DNA from: Eledone cirrhosa
Lineage: Eukaryota
Direction: 5' to 3'
NCBI GenBank assembly: GCA_964016885.1
Contig: OZ024740.1
Span: 303,056,001 to 303,120,000 of the forward strand
DNA: 64,000 nucleotides
Part shown: piece after piece, positions 28,703 through 42,470 of the stretch
Layout of the letters: each line of letters begins with the position of its first letter
How positions within the stretch are numbered: the stretch's first letter is position 1
Translations under genes and position numbers: made by a program
Notes under the pieces: model-generated
Databases searched by the model: none
What the model was told of the DNA's origin: nothing
What the model saw: only the letters and a program-made list of their open reading frames with translations

Positions 28703-28988
28703 ATATATATATATATATATATTCTTATATATATACATATATGTATATATATATATGTATATATGTATATATATATACATATACGTATATATATATACAT
28801 GTACATGTATATATTTATACATATATTTGTGTATATATACACATATCTATATATATATATATATATACGTATATATATATATGTATATATATATATGTAC
28901 ATATATATGTATATATATATATAATGTATATATATATATATGTATATATATATGTATATATATATAGGTATATATATGTATATATATG

Positions 28989-29037
<49 letters not shown>

Positions 29038-29106
29038 GTATATAAATATATGTATATATATATTTATGTGTGTATATATATATATATGTGAGTATATATA
29101 TATATG

Positions 29107-29137
<31 letters not shown>

Positions 29138-29253
29138 GTATATAAATATATGTATATATATATTTATGTGTGTATATATATATGTGAGTATATATATATA
29201 TATACATATATACATATATATAAATATATATGCATCATATATATATACATATG

Positions 29254-29312
<59 letters not shown>
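28703..29312. repeat. Long degenerate (TA)n/(TATG)n microsatellite
   Basis: About 600 bp of alternating TA; source of the spurious YI-repeat ORFs. Confidence 0.95.
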
Positions 29313-29314
<2 letters not shown>

Positions 29315-30157
29315 TAGCTTGCATCATATTTTTAATAGAAGTCAAATGTGTATCTTGATGAAAACTTATAATCAGTCTTTAATGGCATTTTGCCATTTCA
29401 TATTTTGTAGTTATGTTACTGTAATATGTATTATCATAAACGCAACAATGATTCCTTTAGTTGTTTCATTAGAATATTTCAAAAGCCAAAATATTCATGA
29501 ATAAAAATAATAGTATGGTCATAAAGATTTTGAGATAAAAATTACTTAAAATATTTATAAATAAATTTATATTTGTTATAAAAATTAGCTCACACTTTTA
29601 AATAAATGGTATTTTTATGAAAATAATAGTAGATAAATAATAGTAGAAGAGAATAGTAGATAAATATTAGTAAGATGCAATATCTAATAATGCTACTTCC
29701 ATAGGAAAATGGATGACATTTCACAATTTCGTATTCAGGAGTAATATTTCATATTTTTAGTGCAAAAAGCTGAGATAGTATTTATTATTCATTTTATAAT
29801 TATTCAATTTAGTCTTTAAAGAAATTCCTATGAGACAAATTATGATACGTAATGTTGCTTTAAAATGTTTGTTATTTTTAAATGTTAATAGTCCAATAAT
29901 TACCATTGCTCTTCTTTTTTTTAAATATAAATCTTTGAAGATACTCAGCTGGTTGACAGCTATTTTGAAAAGATACTATAATATATTTGTTAAGCTATTA
30001 CTCTATTATCTGTTCCAGCCGACCGGCTGATGCCATGCTGGGGCACCGCCATTACTATCATAATAATATTTTGAGGTTTTGGTTTCATTTATCAGCCACC
30101 AACAAATTAATTCGCCCTATCAATTCAATATTTAGTGAGGTTGTGCCATTACCTTTG

Positions 30158-30187
30158 TTACTACTACTACTACTACTGCTACTACTA

Positions 30188-30222
<35 letters not shown>

Positions 30223-30348
30223 ACTACTGCTGCTGCCGCTGTTGCTGCTAGCATTAATACTAATATTAATACTACTGGTGCTGCTGCTACAACTAATACT
30301 TCTACTATACTACTACTACTACTACTAATAATAATAATAATAATAATG
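30158..30348. repeat. Compound (CTA)n/(CTG)n/(TAA)n trinucleotide repeat
   Basis: Direct inspection. Confidence 0.9.
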
Positions 30349-30462
30349 ATTTCTACTATAGACACATGGCCAGCAATTTGGGGGAGGGGAATGTTGATTA
30401 AATTGACCCCAGTGCATTACTGGTGCTTTATCTTATTGACTCTGTAAGGATGAAAGGCAAAG
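30349..30462 (-). mobile_element. Older SINE subfamily 3' half (reverse orientation)
   Basis: Reverse complement of ctttgcctttcatccttac...aattgctggcc..gtagaaat followed by an (ATT)n tail. Confidence 0.75.
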
Positions 30463-30917
30463 AATACATACAGACATATACTACTAATACTAATACAACT
30501 ACTAATACTAATACCAATACTATTACTGCGCCTGCTACTATAACTACTACTATTGTTGGTGTTTTTGCTACCCATTCCTGTGCCATCAAAGACACTTGTA
30601 ATATTATTGATTTATGCAATATATTACCACCATAGTGGTGCCTCAAAGCTGATTGAACAAAGATCATAAAGAGGAGATACTGGCTCTTGGTATCAGGGTA
30701 ATTCAGGATCTGTGCAGTTCTCTGATTGACATTAGGCTGATGCCTCTCTTTCATAGCAAACATACTTACATTTTATTTCCTTTCATTGTATGATTTTTGT
30801 TGTTGTTGCTATTTTCATGCCTGTTTTCCATACTCCATATAAAATCCATGCTGTTTTGTAATGTCTTTCATTTGTCATTCATGTGGCAATAACTAAAACA
30901 TTATCATAATCATTATT

Positions 30918-31100
30918 GCAGTGGATTGGCAGTATCAGTAGAGAGTCGGACACCATGCTTTCCAGCATAGTTATGTCCCTTTACGGTCTGAGTTCAAATC
31001 CCGCCGAGGTTAACTTTGCCTTTCATCCTTACGGGGTCAATAAAATAAAGTACCAGTAAAAGCACTGGGTAATTGCTGGCCTTGTGCCAAAAGTAGAAAT
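30918..31100 (+). mobile_element. tRNA-derived SINE
   Basis: Family consensus. Confidence 0.9.
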
Positions 31101-31358
31101 AATAATTATTATTATTATTGGAGTCATTGATGATATTTAACTGGAAAGTTTGTTCAGATGAACATCAAGCAGCTACCTGCAGCCTCAGATATTTAGGATG
31201 TATCGGAGGGTTCTTGCTGTTCCCAGCATGCATGCCTTTTGAAGTGTCCCAAAAAAGGGGCTGACTAATGTTCTTTAACCATCCTTGAAAACTCTTTGAG
31301 ATAGTACTTAGTGCTCCTATGACAATCAGGATGAGCTTGATCTCATGACAGTCCCAAA
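31101..31358 (-). mobile_element. Duplicated 3' fragment of an R4/Dong-like non-LTR element
   Basis: Nearly identical to 31736-31993. Confidence 0.8.
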
Positions 31359-31554
31359 GTAGAAACAATTATTATTCTCATTAGTATTAGCAATAACATC
31401 ATCAGCATCCTCAGCAATATCATCAACATTACTACTATTATTATAACTCTGGTTTCTCCTCATCCAGAGCAGATAAATCTTTCGCCTTTTACCAAAGATT
31501 TCCATGGGGAGGAACATTTTAATGAGTCTATAGACTCATCACCAATATTACTAC

Positions 31555-31735
31555 TGGATTGGCAGTATCAGTAGAGGGTCGGACGCCATGCTTCGATGCA
31601 TAGAGTTATGGCCCTTGCCATTCTGAGTTCAAATCCCGCCAAAGTTAACTTTGCCTTTCATCCTTACGGGGTCGATAAAATAAAGTACCAGTAAAAGCAC
31701 TGGGTAATTGCTGGCCTTGTGCCAAAAGTAAAAAT
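31555..31735 (+). mobile_element. tRNA-derived SINE
   Basis: Family consensus. Confidence 0.9.
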
Positions 31736-32108
31736 AATAATTATTATTATTATTGGAGTCATTGATGATATTTAACTGGAAAGTTTGTTCAGATGAACAT
31801 CAAGCAGCTACCTGCAGCCTCAGATATTCAGGATGTATCGGAGGGTTCTTGCTGTTCCCAGCATGCATGCCTTTTGAAGTGTCCCAAAAAAGGGGCTGAC
31901 TAATTTTCTTTAACCATCCTTGAAAACTCTTTGAGATAGTACTTAGTGCTCCTATGACAATCAGGATGAGCTTGATCTCATGACAGTCCCAAATCCTTTT
32001 TAACTCCCACTTCAAATCCTGGTATTGGTTAATTTTCTCCTCCTTTTCTTGCACTCTTGTGTCAAAGGGGAAAGCTACATCTACAATCAGGCATGATCTC
32101 GTTTCCTT
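31736..32108 (-). mobile_element. R4/Dong-like non-LTR retrotransposon 3' end (RLE endonuclease domain)
   Basis: CLIVDVAFPFD..EKINQYQDLKWELKRIW..IVIGALSTI and, in a shifted frame, QKACMLGTARTLR; (TAA)n on both sides. Confidence 0.8.
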
Positions 32109-32561
32109 ATTATTATTATTATTGTAGTTTTGTCCTAAATATTCATATCCATTTTCAAGAAATAAAGTCATTGCATATTAGTATCACTTCCTACACAAAC
32201 TTCAGAATTCTCTCCACTTCTTCAGTTCAACTTAATCTTCATTTCGATTCCCATTATACTTCCATTGCAAATATTTTCATAAAGATATAAAGATCATAAC
32301 CTTCCATACACCCTATATAAAAGTCCCGAGGTTCAAGATCAGAATATCTTTATTATCATATACATGTTACATTTACTGAAATACAGTTTACTTGAACTCA
32401 ACATAGAAGATAGCAATGAGCAACAAGAAAAAACATGTTAATATGTAATGTTGTTTATAACATAAGTAGAATTTATATAATAAATATGATTAATAACAAA
32501 ACTAATGCTTCAAAATAAGTCAGAAAGAAAGGAAAAAGATATTTAAACTTCCCTCACTTAA

Positions 32562-32765
32562 CCCTTTAGCATTACTACTGTATTTTCGGCATAAAGGTTT
32601 TATCTTACATAATTACCTCACATAATATTGAATCTATGAGATTTTGATATTATTTATTTTGATAACAATACCTTAACATCAGGATGAGTGACCAGTTTTG
32701 GCCAGTTTGAACAGAAAGAGGTGAGAGAATTCTGGCCGGATATGGTCGGTTTAAATGCTAAAGGG
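32562..32765. mobile_element. piggyBac-type MITE with TTAA TSD
   Basis: TIR ccctttagcatt / aatgctaaaggg; TTAA at 32558-32561 and 32766-32769. Confidence 0.85.
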
Positions 32766-35700
32766 TTAAGGAGAGCTTGTGTTATTCTCTAAACATTTTG
32801 GGACAACCCAAGACACTTGTCATGAGTTATAACAAAACTGATAATAGAATAGGCAAGCACTATTATAAACGTTGTTGATTCTGCAACGATGACAAAAATT
32901 TAGCCCATCTCCCCCAAGTATCTCAAATGCCATAAGCTACAAATTATTTATAAGTAGCTCTCTAGATGAGTAACCATTAAGGGTGTTTACAGCATTAGGG
33001 ACAAAGTTGTTTTTCATCTTTCAAAACTGGAATCTCTGACCTGAATGAATGAGAACAAATATATTTTAGCAGAATTGCTTGATTCACAAGTAATGTGTAG
33101 AACATGGAAGAGTACTCATGTACAATAGATATTTTGCAGGTTGAGTAAAGTAGTAATGCCAATAATCTTTCCAGAGGTTGGCATAACTTTTTCAGGGACT
33201 GAGTTCAATTCAACCATGTAGTGGTAAAGTTTCCTTCATCAACATATCATTGCTCAAACTAAATTTCCTTAATTTCCAGTACATATAAATACATATTGTG
33301 CATATTTTCTAGCATCTTTGCTCTAGATTTTAACAAGGTTATGATTATCTCTGTGCTTTCCATAGTTAAATATTATCGTCTTACAATTCACAACATTAAG
33401 TCCATGCTGTTGTCATATCATACATTTATGGAGTGACAGATGATACCTCATTGTTTCACTAGCTACAAGAGGTAGTAACTCTCATTATTATATAATTTTC
33501 AGAATTATAATAAAATATTGCATTCCTCTAAAACAGAATTATATATTCATCATCAATATACAAATGAGCATTTTAATTTCATCTTTACCAAATCAATTGC
33601 ATTAATTTGGCTAGCTTTGCTTTATATGGTATCATTGTATCTCTGCAAATGTATGTTTGGGCTAATAAATCAGATAGTTGATTACTACTACTAAAGTAAC
33701 TATAATATGTTTTATAAAGTTATATAAAGTTCTCATCAAACTCGGTCTGCTATGTAGGTTTTATTCCAGGTTAAGCTGTATATTTCACATTTTCTTTATG
33801 CATTCAATTTTGGGTTATAGTCATAAGCTCAAAGAGAGATATATACTCTCAGCTAAGCCGAATGTTCTATTATACACCATTAGTGTTGAATATTGACTTA
33901 TTAAGGGTTACAAAAGATTGCAAATATATTTCTAAGGTCTTTTTTAACCCCAAAAGTTGTCTGATATGTTCACATCAAGAAATTTGAAACAGTTTGTCTA
34001 ATGTATATTTAGAGTTGTTATATCATTTTATTTCAAATACCAAACCTTTGGTGATGCTAATAAAAAGTAAATATTCGTTTAAAGAAGCAATAACAGTTCA
34101 GTTGGAAAGCAACACTAGAGGAACATGTGATCATGACAATAATAAAATTCACAAAAATTAAACAAGCTATTATTTGGATATGATTATAAATTGTAGTGTA
34201 ACTAGACTTTGTTTTGGTAATTTATTGTTAGTATGCCGTTTGCATTTTACTATTTTAGTTTTTATATAACAATTGATATTTATAATGTTCTTTAAAATCA
34301 GAATATTACATTGATTTTAGTTAGCATTTATTTCCAGAGAAATTTTAGAATATGCGTAACACTTAATAGCTAGTAACTTTGTTTCATAGATACAGGAAAT
34401 TTTAAAAAAACATGGGGAAATATTATAACATGCTTTATTATATGACCTAAATTTGATCGCAAAATGCACTATCTTGAAAACAATACTAAATATGTCTTTT
34501 GTTGTTATTGTTATTACCGTTTATTTTGATTTAATAAGAAAATTCTCATGTTACTTTTGTTGTTTTGTCACTTCGTGAATTTGCATGCCAGTTCATTTGC
34601 TTCATTTTATTTTATTTTTCTGGAACTACTCTGACTTCTTTTTATTTAATGTAAATCATAGAATTTCAACAATATTCCTTCACAATGCAAATGGTAGTGA
34701 ATCAAACTGTAAACTATATGTATGCAGAGCTTTGAGAATTTTTCTAAGATTTGTACTTTAGAATATTTATTTTCAAATACAAATATATAAATGTTCTATT
34801 CAATTGACATTTTCCCACCAAGACAATTTATTTTTACTTATAAAATATTCATAATCCTATCCAAAAGGATATAAAAAAAATTTTGGTTTCAATCTAAATA
34901 TAATGCTAAATATGTCTCTATCACATAGACAGCATTTCTTTGCTTAGATCCTGTAAATATATATTTCTCTTGCAATATAATTAAACTTGGTGAAATAATA
35001 CCTTTACAACAATACTGAATCTTCTGTAATCATAATATATTTAATATGTTATATTTATCTTCTTAATTCCCCAAAAAATCTAAATTTGCACCATCAAAAT
35101 ATATCTCTTCTTCCTCAACAAACCAAATAACTAAGTAATGAAACAACATTTATATTATGCATACACTAATTAGGCAACAATGAATTCTGTTTTCTGCACT
35201 TAATGCATAAACCAAAACATGCACACACACATGCACACATATCCACTCATATGCACAAACACACACGCACATACATATATATAATATATATATATAATTT
35301 TACATCTGCTTCTTCGTATTGGCATGGGTTGGATGGGTTGAGACAGGTTTTATTTAAAGTTAGTGCCCTCCTAGATAGCTTAGGTGCCACAACTAACTCT
35401 GATATTTAATTTTTGCCTTGTTCTTTTTATACCTTTAACCACTTTATAGTCTACTGAATGCATTTTCTAGTGACACTAGTATTAGAGAGGTGGTTATATT
35501 CTCAGCAAGTCTAAACATTACTCTCTACTACACATTGTCTCTGCTCATTTGCTCATCACATTACAGAGTGTATTAGACATATTATCATATTACTAACACT
35601 GGAGACATTGTCTCGTCCTTAACAATACTAACGAGTCCTCATTACCATATGTTGTTTCCATTCACTCATCCAACAGTACCCATCAGATGGTTTTCTCATC

Positions 35701-35966
35701 CCCAGTAGATAAAAGAGAACTTGACTGAGTTGGGGATGACAGATGAGAGAGAAAAAGAAGATAGTCAGAATGATAGGAGTGAGAATGTGACAAAGGAGAG
35801 ATTAAAGAAGAGAGCATGTGATAGGAGAAAGAGAGAAAGAAAGAGAGAGAGCGATGGGTTGCAGTAAAGAAGGGTGTGGGTTTTATAGATCTGATGGAAT
35901 GCTATTCCTTGTTACACAGGCAGCATGAGGGGGGAGAGACAAAATGATAATAATAAAAATAATAAT

Positions 35967-35998
<32 letters not shown>

Positions 35999-36006
35999 TA
36001 TATATG

Positions 36007-36103
<97 letters not shown>

Positions 36104-36113
36104 GTGTATGTGT

Positions 36114-36218
36114 GTTTATGTCCTGTTAAATTTTGAAAATACTTCAAACTATGTGTAGGATATATATATATATATATATATAGTGTGGATTATTTTCAAA
36201 ATTTAAAAGGATATAAAA
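36114..36218. repeat. Imperfect inverted repeat around a (TA)n run
   Basis: Left arm tcctgttaaattttgaaaatacttcaaactat; reverse complement of right arm tccttttaaattttgaaaataatccacactat. Confidence 0.8.
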
Positions 36219-36463
36219 TGTTTTTATATACAATAAAGGTGAAGTACATAAACATTTATTAGCAGCTCCTTAATACCTTCAAATATATCTTGATCACAAT
36301 CCTCTTTTAATTCTTATAATTTCAAAACAAAATGGTGAGTAATAATGAATTTTGTAAGAACGTTATTTACATATTTTACATAACTTTACCTTCTTTAAAA
36401 ATTTATAATTTCATTTATTCCTTTATTAAAATAACCCTACTATGCTAGTTTAAATCTTTCTAG

Positions 36464-36484
36464 GGAAAGTATATTTGTGGTGGG
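36464..36484 (+). CDS. Candidate 21-nt micro-exon
   Basis: tctttcTAG acceptor with upstream TGC; GGG|GTATGT donor; 3n; open in all phases (GKYICGG / KVYLWW / ESIFVV); TG- and YGCY-rich downstream intron with GCATG at 36639. Confidence 0.45.
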
Positions 36485-39446
36485 GTATGTTGTTGCTGTT
36501 GTATTGTTTCTCTTTTTGTAATTACAAGTGCTTGAATGTTGCTTTATACTACTGTTTTGTTCTATTTATTATAGTATTTTGCTCTTGCTCTTTAGTGAAT
36601 TATGTTAAATGTTTGTGCTATGTTTGGTGTTTGCAATGGCATGCTACAACATTAGATTGCACTAAAAAATAATATTGAATTTTTCAGAAGGACAATTTAG
36701 TAGTTTTCTCTTTATTTTTATTCTATAACATTTGAATAATCTAAAAGAATTACACTAATCCTATAAAAGAATTTTGATACACAGAAATATTATAACTTAA
36801 TATCAATTATTTTCTTTTAAAGTAGAGCTGAAGAAAATTAGCACATTGTCTATAATCTAAGGATTTGCTTCAAATCAGGGAAATTGAAGCTTGAGTAAAA
36901 CATACAATTAATGAAACACTTAAAGGAGTCATGGATTGTCTAATGCATACAGAGAGAGAGAGCATAAAAAAGCTGGTAGTCTTTAGAATGAAGGACGGCT
37001 TTTATCACATAATACTGGGGATAAAGATAGAATATTGTTAACAGAAGGTGCAGAAATTATATTGGCTAAGTTCAATTAATTTGGTTGTAGCTAATAATCT
37101 CTAAAGATAAGAGAAAATTATAATAGCGACATAAGATGCAGGCAACTTCTTTATAACCAAGAGTTATAACAGGATTGAAAAGTTTTATAAAAGGGTAAAT
37201 CACTTGATGGATTGCCTTCCTCTTGATGTCAACAGTATTAAAAGATACTACACTATTTCTGATATGAAAAGAGTACTCCGTTTGGAAGGTATGTTTGTGC
37301 CTGTGAAGAATCAAAACATATTTTAGTCTAAAATATTTCTTTTCCTAAAAAGGAAGCCAAATCATTTTGATGCAATTTAGAATATGAAGTTTCCAGAAAA
37401 AAATGTATAATTATTACTAGTCTTAATATGTGTTAATCAAGACAAATAATGAATTTGAAGCAGTTATCCTACTTTAAATATGGCACATGTTATTAGATAG
37501 AATCATAGGTATGAAATAAGAGTAGAAAAGAGTAGAAAAGAGATTGTACATAAGAATACAAATGCATAGAGTTGTGTCTACATATGAGTAAATGGCATAA
37601 TTTGATGTAGAGATGAACTTAAGATTGATTATAGATACATTGGGACCATGGAGTTGTGAGAATAATGGATTAAGAAGACATCATTAACACAAACACTATA
37701 GTCAGTAATTAATATTTTTGAAACAAGGATAAGCTGCAGCCTAATGAGGAGCTAGACTTCATTGATACTGATTTTAAGTGACAAAATATACTTATGAGGG
37801 AAGTTTGTTTACATGTATGTATTCTGTTCTCTGCGATATGTTTTACTTATATCAATAGAAGATAAAAAGAAAATAGGAGAAAGTTTCAAATAGTTGTTTA
37901 TGATGGCCATTGAAAATGTTTACTACAATTTTCAATTTTCAAAAGTAGAAAGTACAGTTGACAGGATGACAGTTGTTATATAAAATGTTGTTTAGTTTCT
38001 TACAGACATGTTTTAAATAGTACTGTAGTATTCTTAACATTCCATGTAACCAATTTAATAAAACAAACACTAGTTATATATTTTGGTCAAACAGATTAAC
38101 TGTACCTCTTACCTTTAGTAAAAGTATCTGACTCATCAAGAAATTACTTATAAATTTAGTTTTAAAATGTTGTATTCAAGTTTATACTCACCAGCTCATA
38201 ATGTCGAAGAGTTATGGTCATTAATTTAAATATTTGCTTGACTTACAACTCTTTCACAAATAAGTAGTTATATATAGGAACAACATACAGCTAATAGCAA
38301 AATTCAGCGAAATTTTTACTTAGTCTAGATGTTGAATATCTTTCAAAATTTCACAGACATTGGCTCTCTTAACAGTTTCCTACTGCTCTCTCTTAACAGC
38401 TTCCTATTTTATCTCAATATAAACTTCTGGATAGATATTTAATATTCCATTAAAGATGAAAGAGATAACCTTGGATAGCTTAGAAGTAACTTTTTATAAC
38501 CAGACTTTTATTAAGGACCTACCATTCAATATATATATATACCACAGTACACACAGAATGTGTATGAGAAAGAAATATGGATAGATAGATAGATTGATAC
38601 ATAGAATGATAGATAGATACATACATACATACATACATACATACATACATACATACATACATACATACATACACACCTTTATATGTATAAATGTATGAAT
38701 TAGTATCATTAATTTAAAATAGCTTCAGTTCAGTGAAGTTTTGTATGAGATATTAAAGCAGAATAAATTATACCTACTCTTCAAAGTCCTCCTCAATTTA
38801 TATTCAAGGTTTTTATAAACACTACATCAATCATCTTTCTTCCTATTTTATTGAACAACAGTAATTGAAATTTGTAATAAAAAGTTATTGCAAACACGAC
38901 GTTACAGCTGTGTTTTCTAGTCATAATTAAGAATTACATTAGCATCTAGACTTAGTATTTCTCACATATTAGTATTCCTCACATTCCTTCTCTTTTTCTT
39001 CAAGTATTTATTTATAAACAATTTTTTATAACTCAATATAACAAACTAACAAATGTTATTCATCTTTCATTTCTATTACTTTGACTTAATTATTTCGTTC
39101 TAGAAATACAAAACTTAGTTTTATTCCATTGTCCTTTGGTACATTTGGAAACAGATACTTAACAAGAGATGGCTTATCAAAGTAGGACTATTAGAAAGGT
39201 TCCTATTTTTCAACAAAAAAGTTTTTTTTATATGTATATATATATATATATCCAAAGATGTGGGTTCGACTCCCATGTACGGCAACACTCATCTTTTTCC
39301 ATTTCTCCGAGGGTTATAAACCCCACTATTGGGCTAGAAATTTCTTTAGTCTAAAATACGGTGAAAGCTTATAATTTCTAATTTCTAGTTTCAAACTCGC
39401 GCACCGCTTCAAAAACATACTTACATGTTTACGTTTATAATTTGCT

Positions 39447-39479
<33 letters not shown>

Positions 39480-39789
39480 TAAACATATATAGCTTCTGTT
39501 TGGAAACTTCTACCAAACTAGCAGTTTATCAATTTATAAAGGATTTTTCTTTCGTGTAAATATCTAAAAATGTTATTCAACATCGATCACTGAATTTATA
39601 TAAAGTAAAATGCATTTTAGAAATCATTTTGTCTTGGAAATATTTCTGGAAGTTTCATATTGTTTCCGTGGAATTTTTCTTGCTTTATTTTTAATTTAAA
39701 CTGTAGAATGAAAATAAAACGATTAAACAGTGACTATATTAATTGTAATTATAAAACATGTCTATCAAACACTCAAATATACACATAAG

Positions 39790-40060
39790 ACTGTCTCGAG
39801 CCCAGAAGCTCATAAGGCTGATGCTTATCCTGGTTTCCATGGTGTGAAGTGACTGAGAGTATAAGACTCTCTCCAGGACAGTCCAACATGAGGTTCAACC
39901 CCCAGCTATTACTGGTGCTTGTTTTCAGCTGAGTATACTGGAACAATGTTAAATGAAGTGTTTTACTCAAGAAGAAAACACACAACCCAGTCCAGGAATT
40001 GAGCCCATAACCTTATGATTGTAAGTCCAACACCCAAACCACTAGGTCATGTGCTTCCAC
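39790..40060 (-). mobile_element. Second tRNA-derived SINE family (Meta/V-SINE-like body)
   Basis: Minus strand shows a tRNA head (tgacctagtggtt...gggctcaattcctgg) then cttgagtaaaacacttcatttaacattgttccagtatactcagctg; a fragment also lies at 48180-48285. Confidence 0.7.
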
Positions 40061-41506
40061 TTTTCAAATACATATCTATGGAAGTGTAATAACCAGAAGG
40101 ATATATTCATTATATACATATTTCGTAAATTTTATACAACCTACATACTATCAATTCCAATTCAACTATATCTGCATTATTTACATCATATATAACATTC
40201 AGAAGATATTTTTTCATATGATGAATAAATCCTGTTTTACAGAAATCTCCTGGGGCTGGTTTATCTTTGTGCAGTTTATATAGCATCTCATTTATCATTA
40301 TGACAAAAGACTGCTCTGCCAAATTATCCATTTTCCTACACACATGTACTCTCTCGAGAGAGAGAGTGCATGTGTATATATTTATATATATATACATTCG
40401 CTACCTGAAATGTGCGTGATTCTTTAACCAAAGAATAATCAAGACTTTTTAAATGTTGCGCAAAAATATACTAAGATCATTCATCTCACTTTTCCTTCTT
40501 ATCTGAGATATAAAGGATTAAAAATCATACATGCCTTAGTCAATATAGCTGAAAATAGATAATATTCTCACATTATGTTCCCATAATTAACTTTAGAAAG
40601 TGCTTCAGTTTGCCAGAAAATACATGAATTTACAACATATACTAATAAAGCAGATAATATGCCTACAAATGAAATGTTATGTTACACTATATTGATATAA
40701 ATTATGTACTATACATTAATATCGTAATTATCAAGATGTTATGATATACACATTCGTTTTAAATATAAAAGTCCTATTTTTAACCAGAAACTATCACAAA
40801 CTAACTTTAATGATGAGTTCAAGAACCAAAACTAATTAATTCTACAAGAAGAAAGATTTATGAAGCATTAGAAAGCAAAGTTTGAAAGATCAATCGCAAA
40901 GTTTGACAAAATAATTTTACAAATATTGCATTCTTTTATTAAGAGTGTGTTTTTAATTTTATTTTATGAGAAACAGTATTTGAAAATTATTAATATCACT
41001 GGGTAACATTTGACTACTAGACCATGCGACATTGAATAATTTCTGTTACAGACAGAATGTGTCATTGAACAACCATCGATACTCCTGTTAGTTTATTAAG
41101 CTATACTATATTATAGAATCAATAATGATATAGGCATCAAACAAGATTTTGCACTTCTTGTGATAATATGCAGATTTTTCAGTTTGAAGACTTAGCCAAA
41201 CTGAGAAGTAAACATGATATATGAACATAATCTTGAAAATTATAATTACTAAAATATTACAACTAGATACACTAAATTGTTAATATAAAAATAAATGTTA
41301 GCATTTAATTTTTCTCTTGCAACCTATATTTATTTTTTTATTTTATAAAAAATAGAAGTAAAGATATTTTCCTAATGACAGTTAAAACATTTCAGAAAAT
41401 TATAGAAATTATTTTATATTATTCAATCATATCAATATCAGATAAACATTTGAAATATCAGTTATATAATTTTAATAATAGCAATACAACTTAATTTAAA
41501 TTTATA

Positions 41507-41540
<34 letters not shown>

Positions 41541-41591
41541 AAAAGAAATCGAAAATGCAACTAGTCTTTTTAAGAATATCTTCTTATTTCT

Positions 41592-41630
41592 TTTACCAGT
41601 TTCACAGTTTTTATGCTTTTCAAAAGTAAA
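41592..41630 (-). ncRNA. Degenerate minimal hammerhead (U3/A8 variant) in a (TA)n-embedded element
   Basis: Minus strand: ctt TTGAAAA gca..tgt GAAAC TG GTA aaag; stem III ACTGGT resembles palindromic ACCGGT. Confidence 0.35.
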
Positions 41631-41952
41631 ATTGAGATGGAGGGTTTGTGGTTTGTCTCACATCGAAAGTTCGGTCTATTTTATGTGGAAAGAGTGGCTC
41701 GAATTACTGGGGGTTTTTTTTCAAGTAATTTGGTTAGTTGATGACTGTCACATGAATAAGAACAACAAATTTTGCACCAAAAGTATAATAAATGTTTCAT
41801 ACACTTAACATATATGAAACATTTTTTATACTAAATAAGCTATCTTGAGAATTGTTTCCCTTGGTCTTTCATCTACAGATATCCAGTATATATATATATA
41901 TATATAAGAATAATATTAAGAAAGATGCTGTGATTACATTAAGCGTTTATTC

Positions 41953-42041
41953 CTCATGATTATTTCTATGGTGACTCATATGCTATCCAAGATGCAGTAT
42001 TTACATTTGTTGTTGGTATGGGAGTGATTTCCTTAGATGAA
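41953..42041 (-). ncRNA. Degenerate hammerhead motif (G5>A) in a (TA)n-embedded element
   Basis: Minus strand: ttcat CTAAGGA aat...ata GAAA taa TC atgag, followed by AATAAA. Confidence 0.3.
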
Positions 42042-42275
42042 TTTACGTTTATGTGATATACTGCAGGCAAAAACATGTTCTTATTGTGTGCCTGACAAGA
42101 ATATCATAACTACGCACTACAAATGTAGAGAGTTTTCTCCTGCTTACTTCTGTTTTTACCAAAGTGGATAAACAAATTTTTACTAGGCATATATATTTAT
42201 ATATATATAGTAGTAATAGGTAGGTAAAAGTATTCAAGGTGTAAAGCAACTCAAGTCTCTTGGGTGAGTTTGAAT

Positions 42276-42470
42276 ATGATCATTAAGGCCAGTTACTACA
42301 ATGGCACCATACCAGGTATGTATGTTTCATTAGCTCTGATGACCAACCCATGCTGATGAAAATGAACCAGTTCATTTTCATCAGCACGGGTTGAACAAGT
42401 TGCTCTTCATGGCTAATGAAATGTTCACACCTGGTATGGGGCCGTTGTAGTAACTGGCCTTAATAATTAT
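42276..42470. repeat. ~195-bp foldback hairpin
   Basis: Inner 24-bp stem 42344-42367/42370-42393 (1 mismatch); outer ~55-bp arms attaaggccagttactaca...gtttcattagc and its complement. Confidence 0.92.

Noticed and set aside
28684-29504. Long ORFs (125-155 aa) rich in YI/YV repeats, and similar ORFs elsewhere
   Set aside because: Translations of (TA)n/(TG)n/(TACA)n microsatellites, which lack stop codons
37072-37314. 80-aa minus-strand ORF with an acceptor-like site
   Set aside because: No recognisable homology or convincing donor site; expected by chance
39258-39278. tRNA gene
   Set aside because: Only a T-arm/B-box; no acceptor, D or anticodon arms. SINE heads elsewhere are likewise not complete tRNAs
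36464-41207. Glutaredoxin-like peptide GKYICGG+FEDLAKL from joining two candidate micro-exons
   Set aside because: Depends on a weak 25-nt exon and an arbitrary phase choice; too short to assign a gene
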